DNA from: Bifidobacterium breve
Lineage (GTDB): Bacteria; Actinomycetota; Actinomycetes; Nanopelagicales; Nanopelagicaceae
Assembly: GCA_945860275.1 (NCBI GenBank)
Contig: CAMAPN010000002.1
Location: 29,769 to 93,768 of the forward strand
DNA: 64,000 nt
Reading direction: 5' to 3'
Positions 29,846 to 38,204 of the stretch are shown here, one piece after another (position 1 is the first letter of the stretch; each line of letters begins with the position of its first letter). The notes beneath the pieces are model-generated. The model worked only from the letters and a program-made list of their open reading frames with translations. It was not told the origin of the DNA and made no database searches. Position numbers and translations under genes: made by a program.

Positions 29846-30397
29846 CTATGAATACATCTTCGGCGCTAGTACAGCTACGCAATCAAGGTTTCGATATTTT
29901 TCAGAAAAATCCAATCCGTAGCCGACAACGAATGCAGGCGGAATATCAAAACCAACATATTTCACGTCCACATGCACCTTAGCGGCTTCGGGTTTTCTGA
30001 AGACAGTGAATATCTCTACCGATTTAGCGCCCCGGGAAAGCAGGTTTGTTTGCAGCCATGAGAGCGTCAAACCGGAGTCGACGATATCTTCAACGATGAG
30101 TACATCGCGGTCAGTGATGTCTCTATCCAAATCCTTCAAGATTCGAACGACGCCACTAGATTTCGTGCCCGATCCATATGAAGAGACAGCCATCCAATCC
30201 ATTTCGACATGGCGCTGCATCGCTCGCGCTAAATCTGCCATCGCCATTACAGCACCTTTGAGTACACCTACTAATAGCAAGTCTCGATCGCCATAATCTT
30301 TAGAAATCGCTGCAGCTATCTCGACAATTCGATTATGAATTTGTTCTCGAGTTGCAACTACCTCTGTGATGTCATCTTTGACTCGCTCTAGGTCCAC
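29846..30397 (-). CDS. hpt: hypoxanthine phosphoribosyltransferase
   Basis: PRPP loop [13 protein letters not shown]; 183 aa; GTG start. Confidence 0.92.
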   Translation of the reverse strand: MDLERVKDDITEVVATREQIHNRIVEIAAAISKDYGDRDLLLVGVLKGAVMAMADLARAMQRHVEMDWMAVSSYGSGTKSSGVVRILKDLDRDITDRDVLIVEDIVDSGLTLSWLQTNLLSRGAKSVEIFTVFRKPEAAKVHVDVKYVGFDIPPAFVVGYGLDFSEKYRNLDCVAVLAPKMYS

Positions 30398-30421
30398 TGT
30401 GGCGCCACTCCCGTTCTGCTA

Positions 30422-31369
30422 CTACTCCTGTGAGAGCGCTAGTCTGCCCGACTCTCGGCGAGCTGTAACACCGGCAGGCAGAGCCACCGCCCCTTGGCCA
30501 TGCCACTGGCTGATGAGCGCATCGACCCAATCCAGCTGTTCGGCCGAGAGCCGGGTGGCTCCCAAACGCGTGAGTGCGCGACGAATCACCCGTTTCCGGA
30601 GCGCTGCAGGCAGGCGTTCGAGCAACTCCACATCAATCGACTCGGGATTACTGATGGTGGCGAAAATCTCCTCTGTGAGAGTTTCGAGCGCATCAGAATC
30701 TTCTCTGAAAATTCGTGCGGAACGAGCCAGCGCCTCTTTGATGCCGGGGCCAAGTTGCGACTCCATGAGCGGCAAGATCTGTTTTCGAATCTTCACTCGA
30801 GTAAATCGCTCGTCATCATTATGTGGATCACTCCAATAAACAATCTCGGCTTCATTGCACGCTGCGATGATCTCTTCGCGAGTAAGAGAGAGAAATGGAC
30901 GGATGTACAAACCACTTTGGGTTGCCATGCCAGCTAGCGACTTAGTTCCGGCGCCTTGAGTTAATCCAAGCAAGACGCTTTCGGCAAGATCATCTTGATT
31001 ATGCCCGAGAAAGATTGCATTCGCCTTTAGTTTCTCTGCTGACGCCGCAAGCGCTAAATATCGTGCGCTGCGCGCATCTGCTTCAAGACCATCTTTTTTC
31101 AAGACATCGACTTTAATAACCTCAACGGCTGATATTCCCATCTCATGTAGTCGATTTTTTGTTTGTTCGGCGATTTCTCCCGATCGTTCCTGAAGTTGAT
31201 GGTCGATGACAACAGCAGAGATGCGAAGTGAGTCTTTCGCTCCCTCGAGGTTTAAGCAATGCGCAAGTAATAATGAATCTGCGCCACCGGAAACTGCTAC
31301 GAGAACGTGATCTCCAGGGCTAAGTGATGTAAGCGATTGTCGAACCGCATGGCGAGCCTTGGTGATCAT
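30422..31369 (-). CDS. tilS: tRNA(Ile)-lysidine synthase
   Basis: PP-loop VAVSGGADS; 315 aa. The hpt-tilS neighbourhood is conserved. Confidence 0.9.
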   Translation of the reverse strand: MITKARHAVRQSLTSLSPGDHVLVAVSGGADSLLLAHCLNLEGAKDSLRISAVVIDHQLQERSGEIAEQTKNRLHEMGISAVEVIKVDVLKKDGLEADARSARYLALAASAEKLKANAIFLGHNQDDLAESVLLGLTQGAGTKSLAGMATQSGLYIRPFLSLTREEIIAACNEAEIVYWSDPHNDDERFTRVKIRKQILPLMESQLGPGIKEALARSARIFREDSDALETLTEEIFATISNPESIDVELLERLPAALRKRVIRRALTRLGATRLSAEQLDWVDALISQWHGQGAVALPAGVTARRESGRLALSQE

Positions 31370-31390
31370 GGCTATAGCCTAGACCTGGAG

Positions 31391-32680
31391 TTAGACCCGT
31401 CCACCAAATGGAATTAAGCCCGGAATCGAATAAATCGAGCTATAAAGCAATCCTTTACGGGTGTTATGCGCCTCCCACATCATTCCATTTCCAGCGTAGA
31501 TAGTGATGTGGTGAATGGTGCTGATATCGGCTTTATACGAGTAATACAACAAATCACCCGGTTGCAATTCGTTGAGTGGAATTCGTTTTGTCCAACTGTA
31601 GTAAATGCGCGAGTTAACCCGATCCCACTCTGGATAACCAAGGCCTGCTGAGCGATACGCTGCATAGACCAAACCCGAGCAATCAAAGCTATTGGGTCCC
31701 TCATTGCCCCATACATAAGGCTTTCGAGCAATAACTTGTTTCTTGGCGAAGGCCACTGCATTAGTACGAATCGACTCTGTCGAACGAATGGTGGTTCGCC
31801 CCTTCGAGAAACCAATTCCATTTACTGGCCAGACTTTGGCTTTTACATCAGTTTGTTCGGCGCGAGCTGCCAGCGCCTCTTCGAGAATGGCTAATTGACG
31901 TTGCTGCTCTAACGTCACTCTCTTCTTGCGTGCGCTCAAAAGTTCAGCAATCAATTTATCTTGCATCTGTTGCAGCTTCTTCACTTCAACTTCTTGCGCA
32001 GCTCGGGCTTGGTCAGCCTCTTTTTTCGCAGCTGCTACGCGGGCAGTCGCATCAGCTTGCTCCTTTCGAGCAGCAACCGCCTCGACTCTTGCTTCTTCAG
32101 CCTCAATTTTCGCCAATCGAGCAGATTCTTCAGCAACTTTTAAGCGCAAGAGAATGCTGCTGTTGTTCTCCCCCACAGCATCTAAAGTCGATAGACGATC
32201 CATCAAATCTTGTGGTCCATCAGCATGGAGAATTGAATCAAAATCGGTGAAACCAGAACCCATTATGTAGGCATTAGCTGCAACTTTGCCAATGTGATTC
32301 TTAGATGAAACCACAGCAACTTGTGCAGCGTTGGATTTTTTATTTGCAGCATCCTCTTTCTTCCGAGCAATCTCGGCTTTTTTTGTCGCGATCTCTAGTT
32401 TTTTCAATTCCTGAAGATAGCGATTGCGTGCAGCGACCGCTTTTGCTGTAAGTACTTTGAGTTGATTAGAAGCAGCATTGAGCTGGGCCTTAGCTTTATC
32501 AGCAGCAGCTTTCTTCTCAGCCTCTTTCTTCTTCGCCTCATTGATTTCGGCAATTGTCGGCTTGCGCGTCTTTGCCTCTGCGCTTGTGATATGTGCTGAG
32601 AAATTGATGGTCGCCAAAAGGGTAAGTGAGAGCACAACTGATAATGCGCGCTTTATAAACACGTGCACTCTCGCTCTCAT
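31391..32680 (-). CDS. secreted NlpC/P60 peptidoglycan endopeptidase with long N-terminal coiled coil
   Basis: A signal peptide is followed by about 270 aa of Ala/Lys/Glu-rich coiled coil. The C-terminal NlpC/P60 domain has catalytic Cys in FDCSGLVYAAY and His in HHITIY. Confidence 0.85.
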   Translation of the reverse strand: MRARVHVFIKRALSVVLSLTLLATINFSAHITSAEAKTRKPTIAEINEAKKKEAEKKAAADKAKAQLNAASNQLKVLTAKAVAARNRYLQELKKLEIATKKAEIARKKEDAANKKSNAAQVAVVSSKNHIGKVAANAYIMGSGFTDFDSILHADGPQDLMDRLSTLDAVGENNSSILLRLKVAEESARLAKIEAEEARVEAVAARKEQADATARVAAAKKEADQARAAQEVEVKKLQQMQDKLIAELLSARKKRVTLEQQRQLAILEEALAARAEQTDVKAKVWPVNGIGFSKGRTTIRSTESIRTNAVAFAKKQVIARKPYVWGNEGPNSFDCSGLVYAAYRSAGLGYPEWDRVNSRIYYSWTKRIPLNELQPGDLLYYSYKADISTIHHITIYAGNGMMWEAHNTRKGLLYSSIYSIPGLIPFGGRV

Positions 32681-32751
32681 TGCCGCTGGGACGGGGAAGT
32701 CGCGGCTTATCTAGCTATAAGGATAAAACAAGTACCCTGGAAATTCGTGGA

Positions 32752-34410
32752 TTAACGCTTCACATCTATATATACAGTCACGGTCCCATTTGGTGGCAGG
32801 TTGGTACCTGCTTTGGGATTCTGATCAACCACGCTCTTTTCACTTGTACTGCTAGTTGTGCCACTCATGGCTCCACCTGCAACTTCACTACTTTTATCGA
32901 TGAGTACGACATTTAATTGAAGCGGGGTGAGCGCCACAGCTGCTTGCTCAGCTGTGAGACCGGTCATATCCGGCACGACACGACCATACTTCCCAGGATT
33001 GAGAGCAATGGAGAGCGTCTGTGGCAAGGGAATCGCTCGATCACTGCCATCGCCACTCTTTGTTAACCAATCAGGTCGCGTGCAATCCAAAGGAATGCAA
33101 TGACGATGCATCCATGCCCGCATATTTCCACCACCATTAGCTAACAACGGTGTCTGTAAGTAGATGCCATCACCAGTGTATTTACTTCCTGCTGATGAAG
33201 GATTCTGAAGGATCGCCTTTGTTAAACCAAGGGCGATCTCATCTTGACTAATTGGAAAATTAGGTAGCTCAGCACCTAGATATATAGTCAGGATTCCCTG
33301 TGGATTGAGCGTGGTCCCTAATGGAAATGCAAACTTTGGGTCGATCAGTTCTAACGAAGTATCCCGAATACTCCACCCAGAGAGGTCAATCTTTTGATCG
33401 GTTCTATTTCGAAGAATTACATGTTCGCCAAATGGATGCTCACCGGAGATCGGTGAATCAGTTTCCGCCCAAATCTCGATAGCTCCGATTGGAGTCTTGT
33501 CCTTCTCATTTTTGCAGAACTCTCCCGACCAAATTCCAATACCACTACTAGCAGCAGTATTGAGAACCTCTAAGTACTGATAATTGCGAACGTATTCGTT
33601 CTCATTTGGAAACCACATTGCAAGACCCGCTTCAAGAAGTTTTGCTTGGACATCCAAGCTGAAGTTCCCTTGGGAATCCTTTGTAAAAATGTATCGATAT
33701 GGGCGAGCTAATGCCTGAAAGTTATTGGAAGAGGCGTAATTATTCGATCGAAGCTGGACCTCTGCCCCAACAGGCAATAGAGATTGCAACAGTCTGGTTG
33801 CTTCAATACCACCACATTGAGCCAATTGTGTCGGCTTGGCCGTTTCAGGTGCTTGTACCCCAATCAAGCGGACATCTAATTCGCCACGACAAGTCTGAAC
33901 TAGAACGGTATCGCCATCGACAACCCGCACTACCTTCCCACTCTCCCAAATGGATTCGCCATCAAGAGCCACTGCTGGTGGACATTCCGGCGGAAGATAC
34001 ACAGTGGGGCGCGCAGCAATGAATTCGGTAAGTGTTTGCGGACTCTTGAGAATCTGATTAAAGATTCGATTACTTTGATTCCTAATCTGGACTTCACCGC
34101 TTAGCGATTTGAATAATCCTTGAACTTGAGTACGAAGAAAGTTATGTGCAGCTTGATACTCGGCTCCTTTACCCTTGGTTTCGGCGCGTAACCGAAGGAA
34201 CTCTTCCTGGGCGAAAGTGGTTCGCTCCAGCATCGGTGCCATAGTGGTAGTTAACGACACAAAGCGAGCTTGTATTGAAACCACTTGATCATCTGGAATC
34301 GCTAATTCACTGAGCGAGGTAATCGCATTTCCGGGATGTGTCGAAGTAGAAGCAAACCCGATTAATAAACAAGCGACGATAAATGATCGTAATAATCGTG
34401 ACATTCTCAC
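32752..34410 (-). CDS. secreted thermonuclease (SNase) - lamin-tail domain - PASTA domain protein
   Basis: Signal peptide (M)SRLLRSFIVACLLIGFAS. SNase motifs are VVDGDTVLV and VRLIGVQAPE. The LTD-like segment is HVILRNRTDQKIDLSGWSIRD...FAFPLGTTLNPQG. The C-terminal PASTA-like segment is VVPDMTGLTAEQAAVAL...VVDQNPKAGTNLPPNGTVTVYI. The start is either GTG 34410 (GTGA overlap with the EamA stop) or ATG 34404. Confidence 0.8.
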   Translation of the reverse strand: MRMSRLLRSFIVACLLIGFASTSTHPGNAITSLSELAIPDDQVVSIQARFVSLTTTMAPMLERTTFAQEEFLRLRAETKGKGAEYQAAHNFLRTQVQGLFKSLSGEVQIRNQSNRIFNQILKSPQTLTEFIAARPTVYLPPECPPAVALDGESIWESGKVVRVVDGDTVLVQTCRGELDVRLIGVQAPETAKPTQLAQCGGIEATRLLQSLLPVGAEVQLRSNNYASSNNFQALARPYRYIFTKDSQGNFSLDVQAKLLEAGLAMWFPNENEYVRNYQYLEVLNTAASSGIGIWSGEFCKNEKDKTPIGAIEIWAETDSPISGEHPFGEHVILRNRTDQKIDLSGWSIRDTSLELIDPKFAFPLGTTLNPQGILTIYLGAELPNFPISQDEIALGLTKAILQNPSSAGSKYTGDGIYLQTPLLANGGGNMRAWMHRHCIPLDCTRPDWLTKSGDGSDRAIPLPQTLSIALNPGKYGRVVPDMTGLTAEQAAVALTPLQLNVVLIDKSSEVAGGAMSGTTSSTSEKSVVDQNPKAGTNLPPNGTVTVYIDVKR

Positions 34411-35258
34411 GCCAACGTAAGACAGGCTGCCGCAGCAAGTGCGAGCACAACACCAACATTCTGAATCAAGCGCAGGCGTTCATTGAGGATGATTCTTGCA
34501 AGTAGCGCAGTAGCTGCCGGATAGAGCGATGCCAAAACCGCGACGATCGCAAGTACCCCTTTTTGGGTAGCGATTTGGTAGATCCCATTCGCTGATGCAT
34601 CAAAGATGCCAGCGACAATCGCGAGCGCCCAGGGAAAAGGTTGAGTTTTTTCATCTTTAGAAATTGCCTTCAATCGAATCAAGAAAAAGACGCCAACGAA
34701 TATAAACCCAAACCAACGAGCAACCGTCGATGTCCAGATTCCTTGATTTGAAGGAGCTAAGCCTAAGACAGTTAGGTAAGCACCAATTAGCGTCCCACTT
34801 GCAACACAGATTAATAAGGTGCTTAACGTGATGGGTTGCGCACTTTCACTTTTTTGCTCTTGACTGACCAAGATCACCGAGAGCGCAGCAAGAGCCATGC
34901 CAAAATAACCAATTCCTGATACTTGATCGCCACGGAGCAATCCTGTTATCACTGGGACGAATGCGGCCATTAATGCAGTGATTGGTGAGACGATACCCAT
35001 CGGTCCACGACTTAGCGCCACGTAGAGCAGAGCAATAGCAGGAACTCCGAAGAAGGCAGCGAAGAAACCGTAGAGATACGAATCGCTATTTAACTCACCT
35101 GGAATCAGGAATATTGAAAAGAAGGTAACGACAACTGCGCCTGAGAGATATGAGATGGGAAGGACACGAACGATCCGGGTCCGGCGCGAGGCCAGTCCGC
35201 CAAGAAAATCAGCGAGACCCCAGGTGATGCTGGAGATTAAAGCCAGAAGTGGCCCCAC
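34407..35258 (-). CDS. EamA/DMT-family transporter
   Basis: About 10 TM helices with typical EamA repeats. The longest ORF reaches 35393 but would overlap the divergent methyltransferase gene. GTG at 35258 is preceded by AGGAG and gives (M)GPLLALISSITWGLADFLGG. Confidence 0.75.
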   Translation of the reverse strand: MGPLLALISSITWGLADFLGGLASRRTRIVRVLPISYLSGAVVVTFFSIFLIPGELNSDSYLYGFFAAFFGVPAIALLYVALSRGPMGIVSPITALMAAFVPVITGLLRGDQVSGIGYFGMALAALSVILVSQEQKSESAQPITLSTLLICVASGTLIGAYLTVLGLAPSNQGIWTSTVARWFGFIFVGVFFLIRLKAISKDEKTQPFPWALAIVAGIFDASANGIYQIATQKGVLAIVAVLASLYPAATALLARIILNERLRLIQNVGVVLALAAAACLTLA

Positions 35259-35300
35259 TAGACTCCTATCAACAACAGTAATTTTCTTGGAGTGCCACAC

Positions 35301-35963
35301 ATGACAACTGAGCCAGGTGCAGGGGAATTCTATCCCTTTGTTGGCGTTGGCCCTCATCCAAAGCCGTGGCCTGTCGGTGAACAATACGACCAAGAGCTAC
35401 TTGAGCTTGGCGATAAACGTAATGTTCTCGATGAATATCGGTATTGGACTGTTGCAGCAATTGTCGCAGACCTCAATACCAAACGTAATCCGCTTCACAT
35501 AGCAGTTGAAAATTGGAAACATGATTTAAATATTGGTTCATTGATTAGAACCGCAAATGCATTCAATGTGGCGGGAATTCATATTGTAGGAAAACGCGAT
35601 TGGAACCGGCGCGGAGCAATGGTGACTGATCGATATATGAATGTGCAGCACCATCCCACTGTCACTGAATTTGCTGAATGGGCGAAAACCAACAAACTTG
35701 CGATTATTGGTATCGACAACATTGATGTGAGTAAACGCTTAGAGAATCGACCACTTCCACGTGAGTGCGTACTCTTCTTTGGCCAAGAAGGTTCCGGAAT
35801 GTCGGATGAGGCTGTCTCGGTATGTGAGGTAGTGCTCGCAATCAATCAATACGGCTCGACGCGTTCTATCAATGCATCAGCTGCTGGGGCAATCGCTATG
35901 TATGCCTGGGGGCTACAACACCTCTCACCAAAAGACAGCGATAATAATATTAGTCAGGGCTAA
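35301..35963 (+). CDS. TrmH/SpoU-family RNA 2'-O-methyltransferase
   Basis: SpoU motifs NIGSLIRTANAF, LFFGQEGSGMS and INQYGSTRSINASAAGAIAMY. The ATG at 35301 has GGAG 8 nt upstream; an upstream GTG at 35292 is also possible. Confidence 0.82.
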   Translation: MTTEPGAGEFYPFVGVGPHPKPWPVGEQYDQELLELGDKRNVLDEYRYWTVAAIVADLNTKRNPLHIAVENWKHDLNIGSLIRTANAFNVAGIHIVGKRDWNRRGAMVTDRYMNVQHHPTVTEFAEWAKTNKLAIIGIDNIDVSKRLENRPLPRECVLFFGQEGSGMSDEAVSVCEVVLAINQYGSTRSINASAAGAIAMYAWGLQHLSPKDSDNNISQG

Positions 35964-36299
35964 CAATCCCACGGTCGCCCATGCGGCAGTATCACCTTGG
36001 CCAGAATTTTTACTTTTCCTCTTACTTGTATAACCAATAATCAAAATGGCGGCAACAATCAATAATTTGACCGAGATTTTACTGTTGTCATAAAGCGGGT
36101 AGGCGGTCGAGTCCTGATCGTTGAGCGGGTAACTGACCCCAACAAGCACAATTCCAGCGATGAGTGAAAGGAGCGCACCATGGAGCATGCCATTGGTGAT
36201 CTGCTTAGTCGCTGATGTCATCTGCGCGAGAAATCCGCCGAAGAGAGCGGCAAGTCCAACAAAGTGAAGAACAAGAAACACATTACTAACTGCTTCCAC
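35925..36299 (-). CDS. small integral membrane protein (4 TM), unknown function
   Basis: 124 aa with four hydrophobic segments and a GTG start 3 nt after the upstream EamA stop. The 3' end overlaps the convergent methyltransferase gene by 39 nt. Confidence 0.55.
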   Translation of the reverse strand: MEAVSNVFLVLHFVGLAALFGGFLAQMTSATKQITNGMLHGALLSLIAGIVLVGVSYPLNDQDSTAYPLYDNSKISVKLLIVAAILIIGYTSKRKSKNSGQGDTAAWATVGLLALTNIIIAVFW

Positions 36300-36301
36300 A
36301 A

Positions 36302-37210
36302 TTACCTCCTAAGGAGTTTGATTCTCCCCTGCGCAATCGCACTTCCCAATAGAACAATTAAACCGCCAATTGGTTCATTCCAGGTGAGCGGCTCACCGAG
36401 AAGAAAGAACCCCAAAGCCACTGCTACTAGCGGAGTTAAGTACGTAACCGTGCTCGCCAGCGAGGGTCCCGCCAATTCGACGTTTCTAAAATTCCAAATG
36501 TATGCAACTCCCGTGCCGAGGATTCCCAAGGCAAGTATTGATAAAAGCGCATCGACTGAAATCTCATAGGAAGTAACACCATGGTAGAGAAAAAATGGAA
36601 GGAGCGTGAATGCGGCCAGCGTCACCTGAGTAGTTGCTAAAACTTCAGGTTGTAGTTTTCTCGGAATTATATATTTTGATGAAAACGGATACGAGGCTCC
36701 ATAACAAGTCACCGCGAGTATCAGCGCAAGAATTGCGCTTAGTGAAAATTCTCCAATTGAATTCCCAACAGAAAGCAGAACAAGAACTCCAAAAAATCCG
36801 AGGACGATTCCCAAAATTCGCTCAAAACTTAAACGTTCACTTCTAAAAACAAGCAGAATCATAATCACGCTCATAATCGGCGTTAATGCATTCATGATTC
36901 CAGCAAGAATCGATGAAACTCGCTCTTGCGCGAATGCAAAAAGCACTCCAGGCAACACATTAAGCAACATACCCATGACCCACAATTGGAGGAGAAGGAG
37001 TGGATCTCTAATTAAACGCATCCGCTTGTAAATTAGTACTGACCAAAGAGATAGCGCGCCCAGGGCGCAACGAAGGAAAGCCACCCCTGCAGGCGTGAGA
37101 AAGGTGAGCGAACGCTCAATGAATAAGAAGGAAGCTCCCCAAATAACTCCCAGCGCTATATAGGTAGGAACCCAACTGTCGCCTTTTTTGTTCGGGACGT
37201 TTTGGCTCAC
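36302..37210 (-). CDS. EamA/DMT-family transporter (paralog A)
   Basis: 302 aa with 10 TM helices. The C-terminus is GEPLTWNEPIGGLIVLLGSAIAQ. There is a GTGA overlap with the upstream paralog. Confidence 0.85.
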   Translation of the reverse strand: MSQNVPNKKGDSWVPTYIALGVIWGASFLFIERSLTFLTPAGVAFLRCALGALSLWSVLIYKRMRLIRDPLLLLQLWVMGMLLNVLPGVLFAFAQERVSSILAGIMNALTPIMSVIMILLVFRSERLSFERILGIVLGFFGVLVLLSVGNSIGEFSLSAILALILAVTCYGASYPFSSKYIIPRKLQPEVLATTQVTLAAFTLLPFFLYHGVTSYEISVDALLSILALGILGTGVAYIWNFRNVELAGPSLASTVTYLTPLVAVALGFFLLGEPLTWNEPIGGLIVLLGSAIAQGRIKLLRR

Positions 37211-38160
37211 TTAACAGCTCTAGATCTTTGCGTGATTGCATTGCCGAGGATCACAATGGCGCCACCTACTGGCTCATTCCACGTTAATGGTTCATTTAAA
37301 ACAATTACTCCGGCGATTACCGCAACAATCGGGGAGACAAAATTAACTGTGGCAGCGACAGAACTGCCAACTAGAGCGACTATGCGATAGTTCCAGGCAA
37401 AGGCAAATCCAGTAGAGAAAACTCCGATAATTATGATGGCAATTATTGGGGCGAACGAAAAATCGTAGGAGTTAAATCCAAATAAGACAAAGGTTGGGAA
37501 AAGTACGACTGCAGCAATTGTCACTTGAATCGTTGCTAGTGCTACCGGTGGATAGTTCTTAGGCGCGATGTATTTGGCGATGATAGGTGCAACTAACCCA
37601 AAGGATGTCACCGCAATCAGTAAGAAAAGGTAGGCCCACCATGGAGCGGATTCGATATCCCAGATGCCAAAGACGATTGCAACACCAAAGAACGCGAGCA
37701 GGATTCCGAAAATCTGAATTGGCTTTACCGCTTCGTGTTTGAAAAGTAATAAGGTAAATATCACAGCAAAAATTGGGGACATCGCATTTACGATGCCGGT
37801 AAGCGATGACGTCACTTCTGTCTGCGCGAATGGAACTATGACTACAGGAATTATGTTCGAACAGAGTCCAATTAAAAAAATCCACCCAAAAACTGAACGA
37901 TCACGTGGTATCGGTATCTTTTTGTAGAAGAGGTAGCTCCAGAGCACGGCAGCACCGAGGAGATTCCTAATGAAGGCAATCCCAAAGGGGCTAAAGACCG
38001 CTAGGGCAATTTCGATAAACATAAATGACAAGCCCCAGGTCAGACTCAATAGCAGATAGGGCGCTAGCCATCCTCTGGTCTTCAAGCGCGCTCCCCCTGC
38101 ATCGATTATTTCGGTGATTTTGGCGTTACTGAACTTCGAGAAAACTGGAATACTTGTCAA
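37207..38160 (-). CDS. EamA/DMT-family transporter (paralog B)
   Basis: 317 aa with 10 TM helices. The C-terminus NEPLTWNEPVGGAIVILGNAITQ is clearly paralogous to the downstream gene. The TTG start is tentative. Confidence 0.8.
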   Translation of the reverse strand: MTSIPVFSKFSNAKITEIIDAGGARLKTRGWLAPYLLLSLTWGLSFMFIEIALAVFSPFGIAFIRNLLGAAVLWSYLFYKKIPIPRDRSVFGWIFLIGLCSNIIPVVIVPFAQTEVTSSLTGIVNAMSPIFAVIFTLLLFKHEAVKPIQIFGILLAFFGVAIVFGIWDIESAPWWAYLFLLIAVTSFGLVAPIIAKYIAPKNYPPVALATIQVTIAAVVLFPTFVLFGFNSYDFSFAPIIAIIIIGVFSTGFAFAWNYRIVALVGSSVAATVNFVSPIVAVIAGVIVLNEPLTWNEPVGGAIVILGNAITQRSRAVK

Positions 38161-38204
38161 CCTGAATCCTACTGGTAAGCATTAGATAAAAGGGAAGAGG
38201 CGCT

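Noticed and set aside
32681-32751. Possible c-di-AMP (ydaO-type) riboswitch upstream of the NlpC/P60 gene, as is common for actinobacterial wall hydrolases
   Set aside because: The gap is only about 70 nt. The ACGGGGA-like element is on the wrong strand, and I could not trace the pseudo-two-fold consensus. A covariance-model scan (RF00379) would be needed to be certain.
35925-35963. 39-nt convergent overlap between the TrmH-family gene and the 4-TM membrane protein gene
   Set aside because: This is consistent with the general compaction of the window. It has no additional structure. It could also reflect a slightly shorter true C-terminus, which cannot be judged from sequence alone.
36264-37390. 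Two similar plus-strand ORFs (36264-36569 and 37202-37390) with matching peptide segments
   Set aside because: Their similarity simply mirrors the paralogy of the two EamA genes on the opposite strand.
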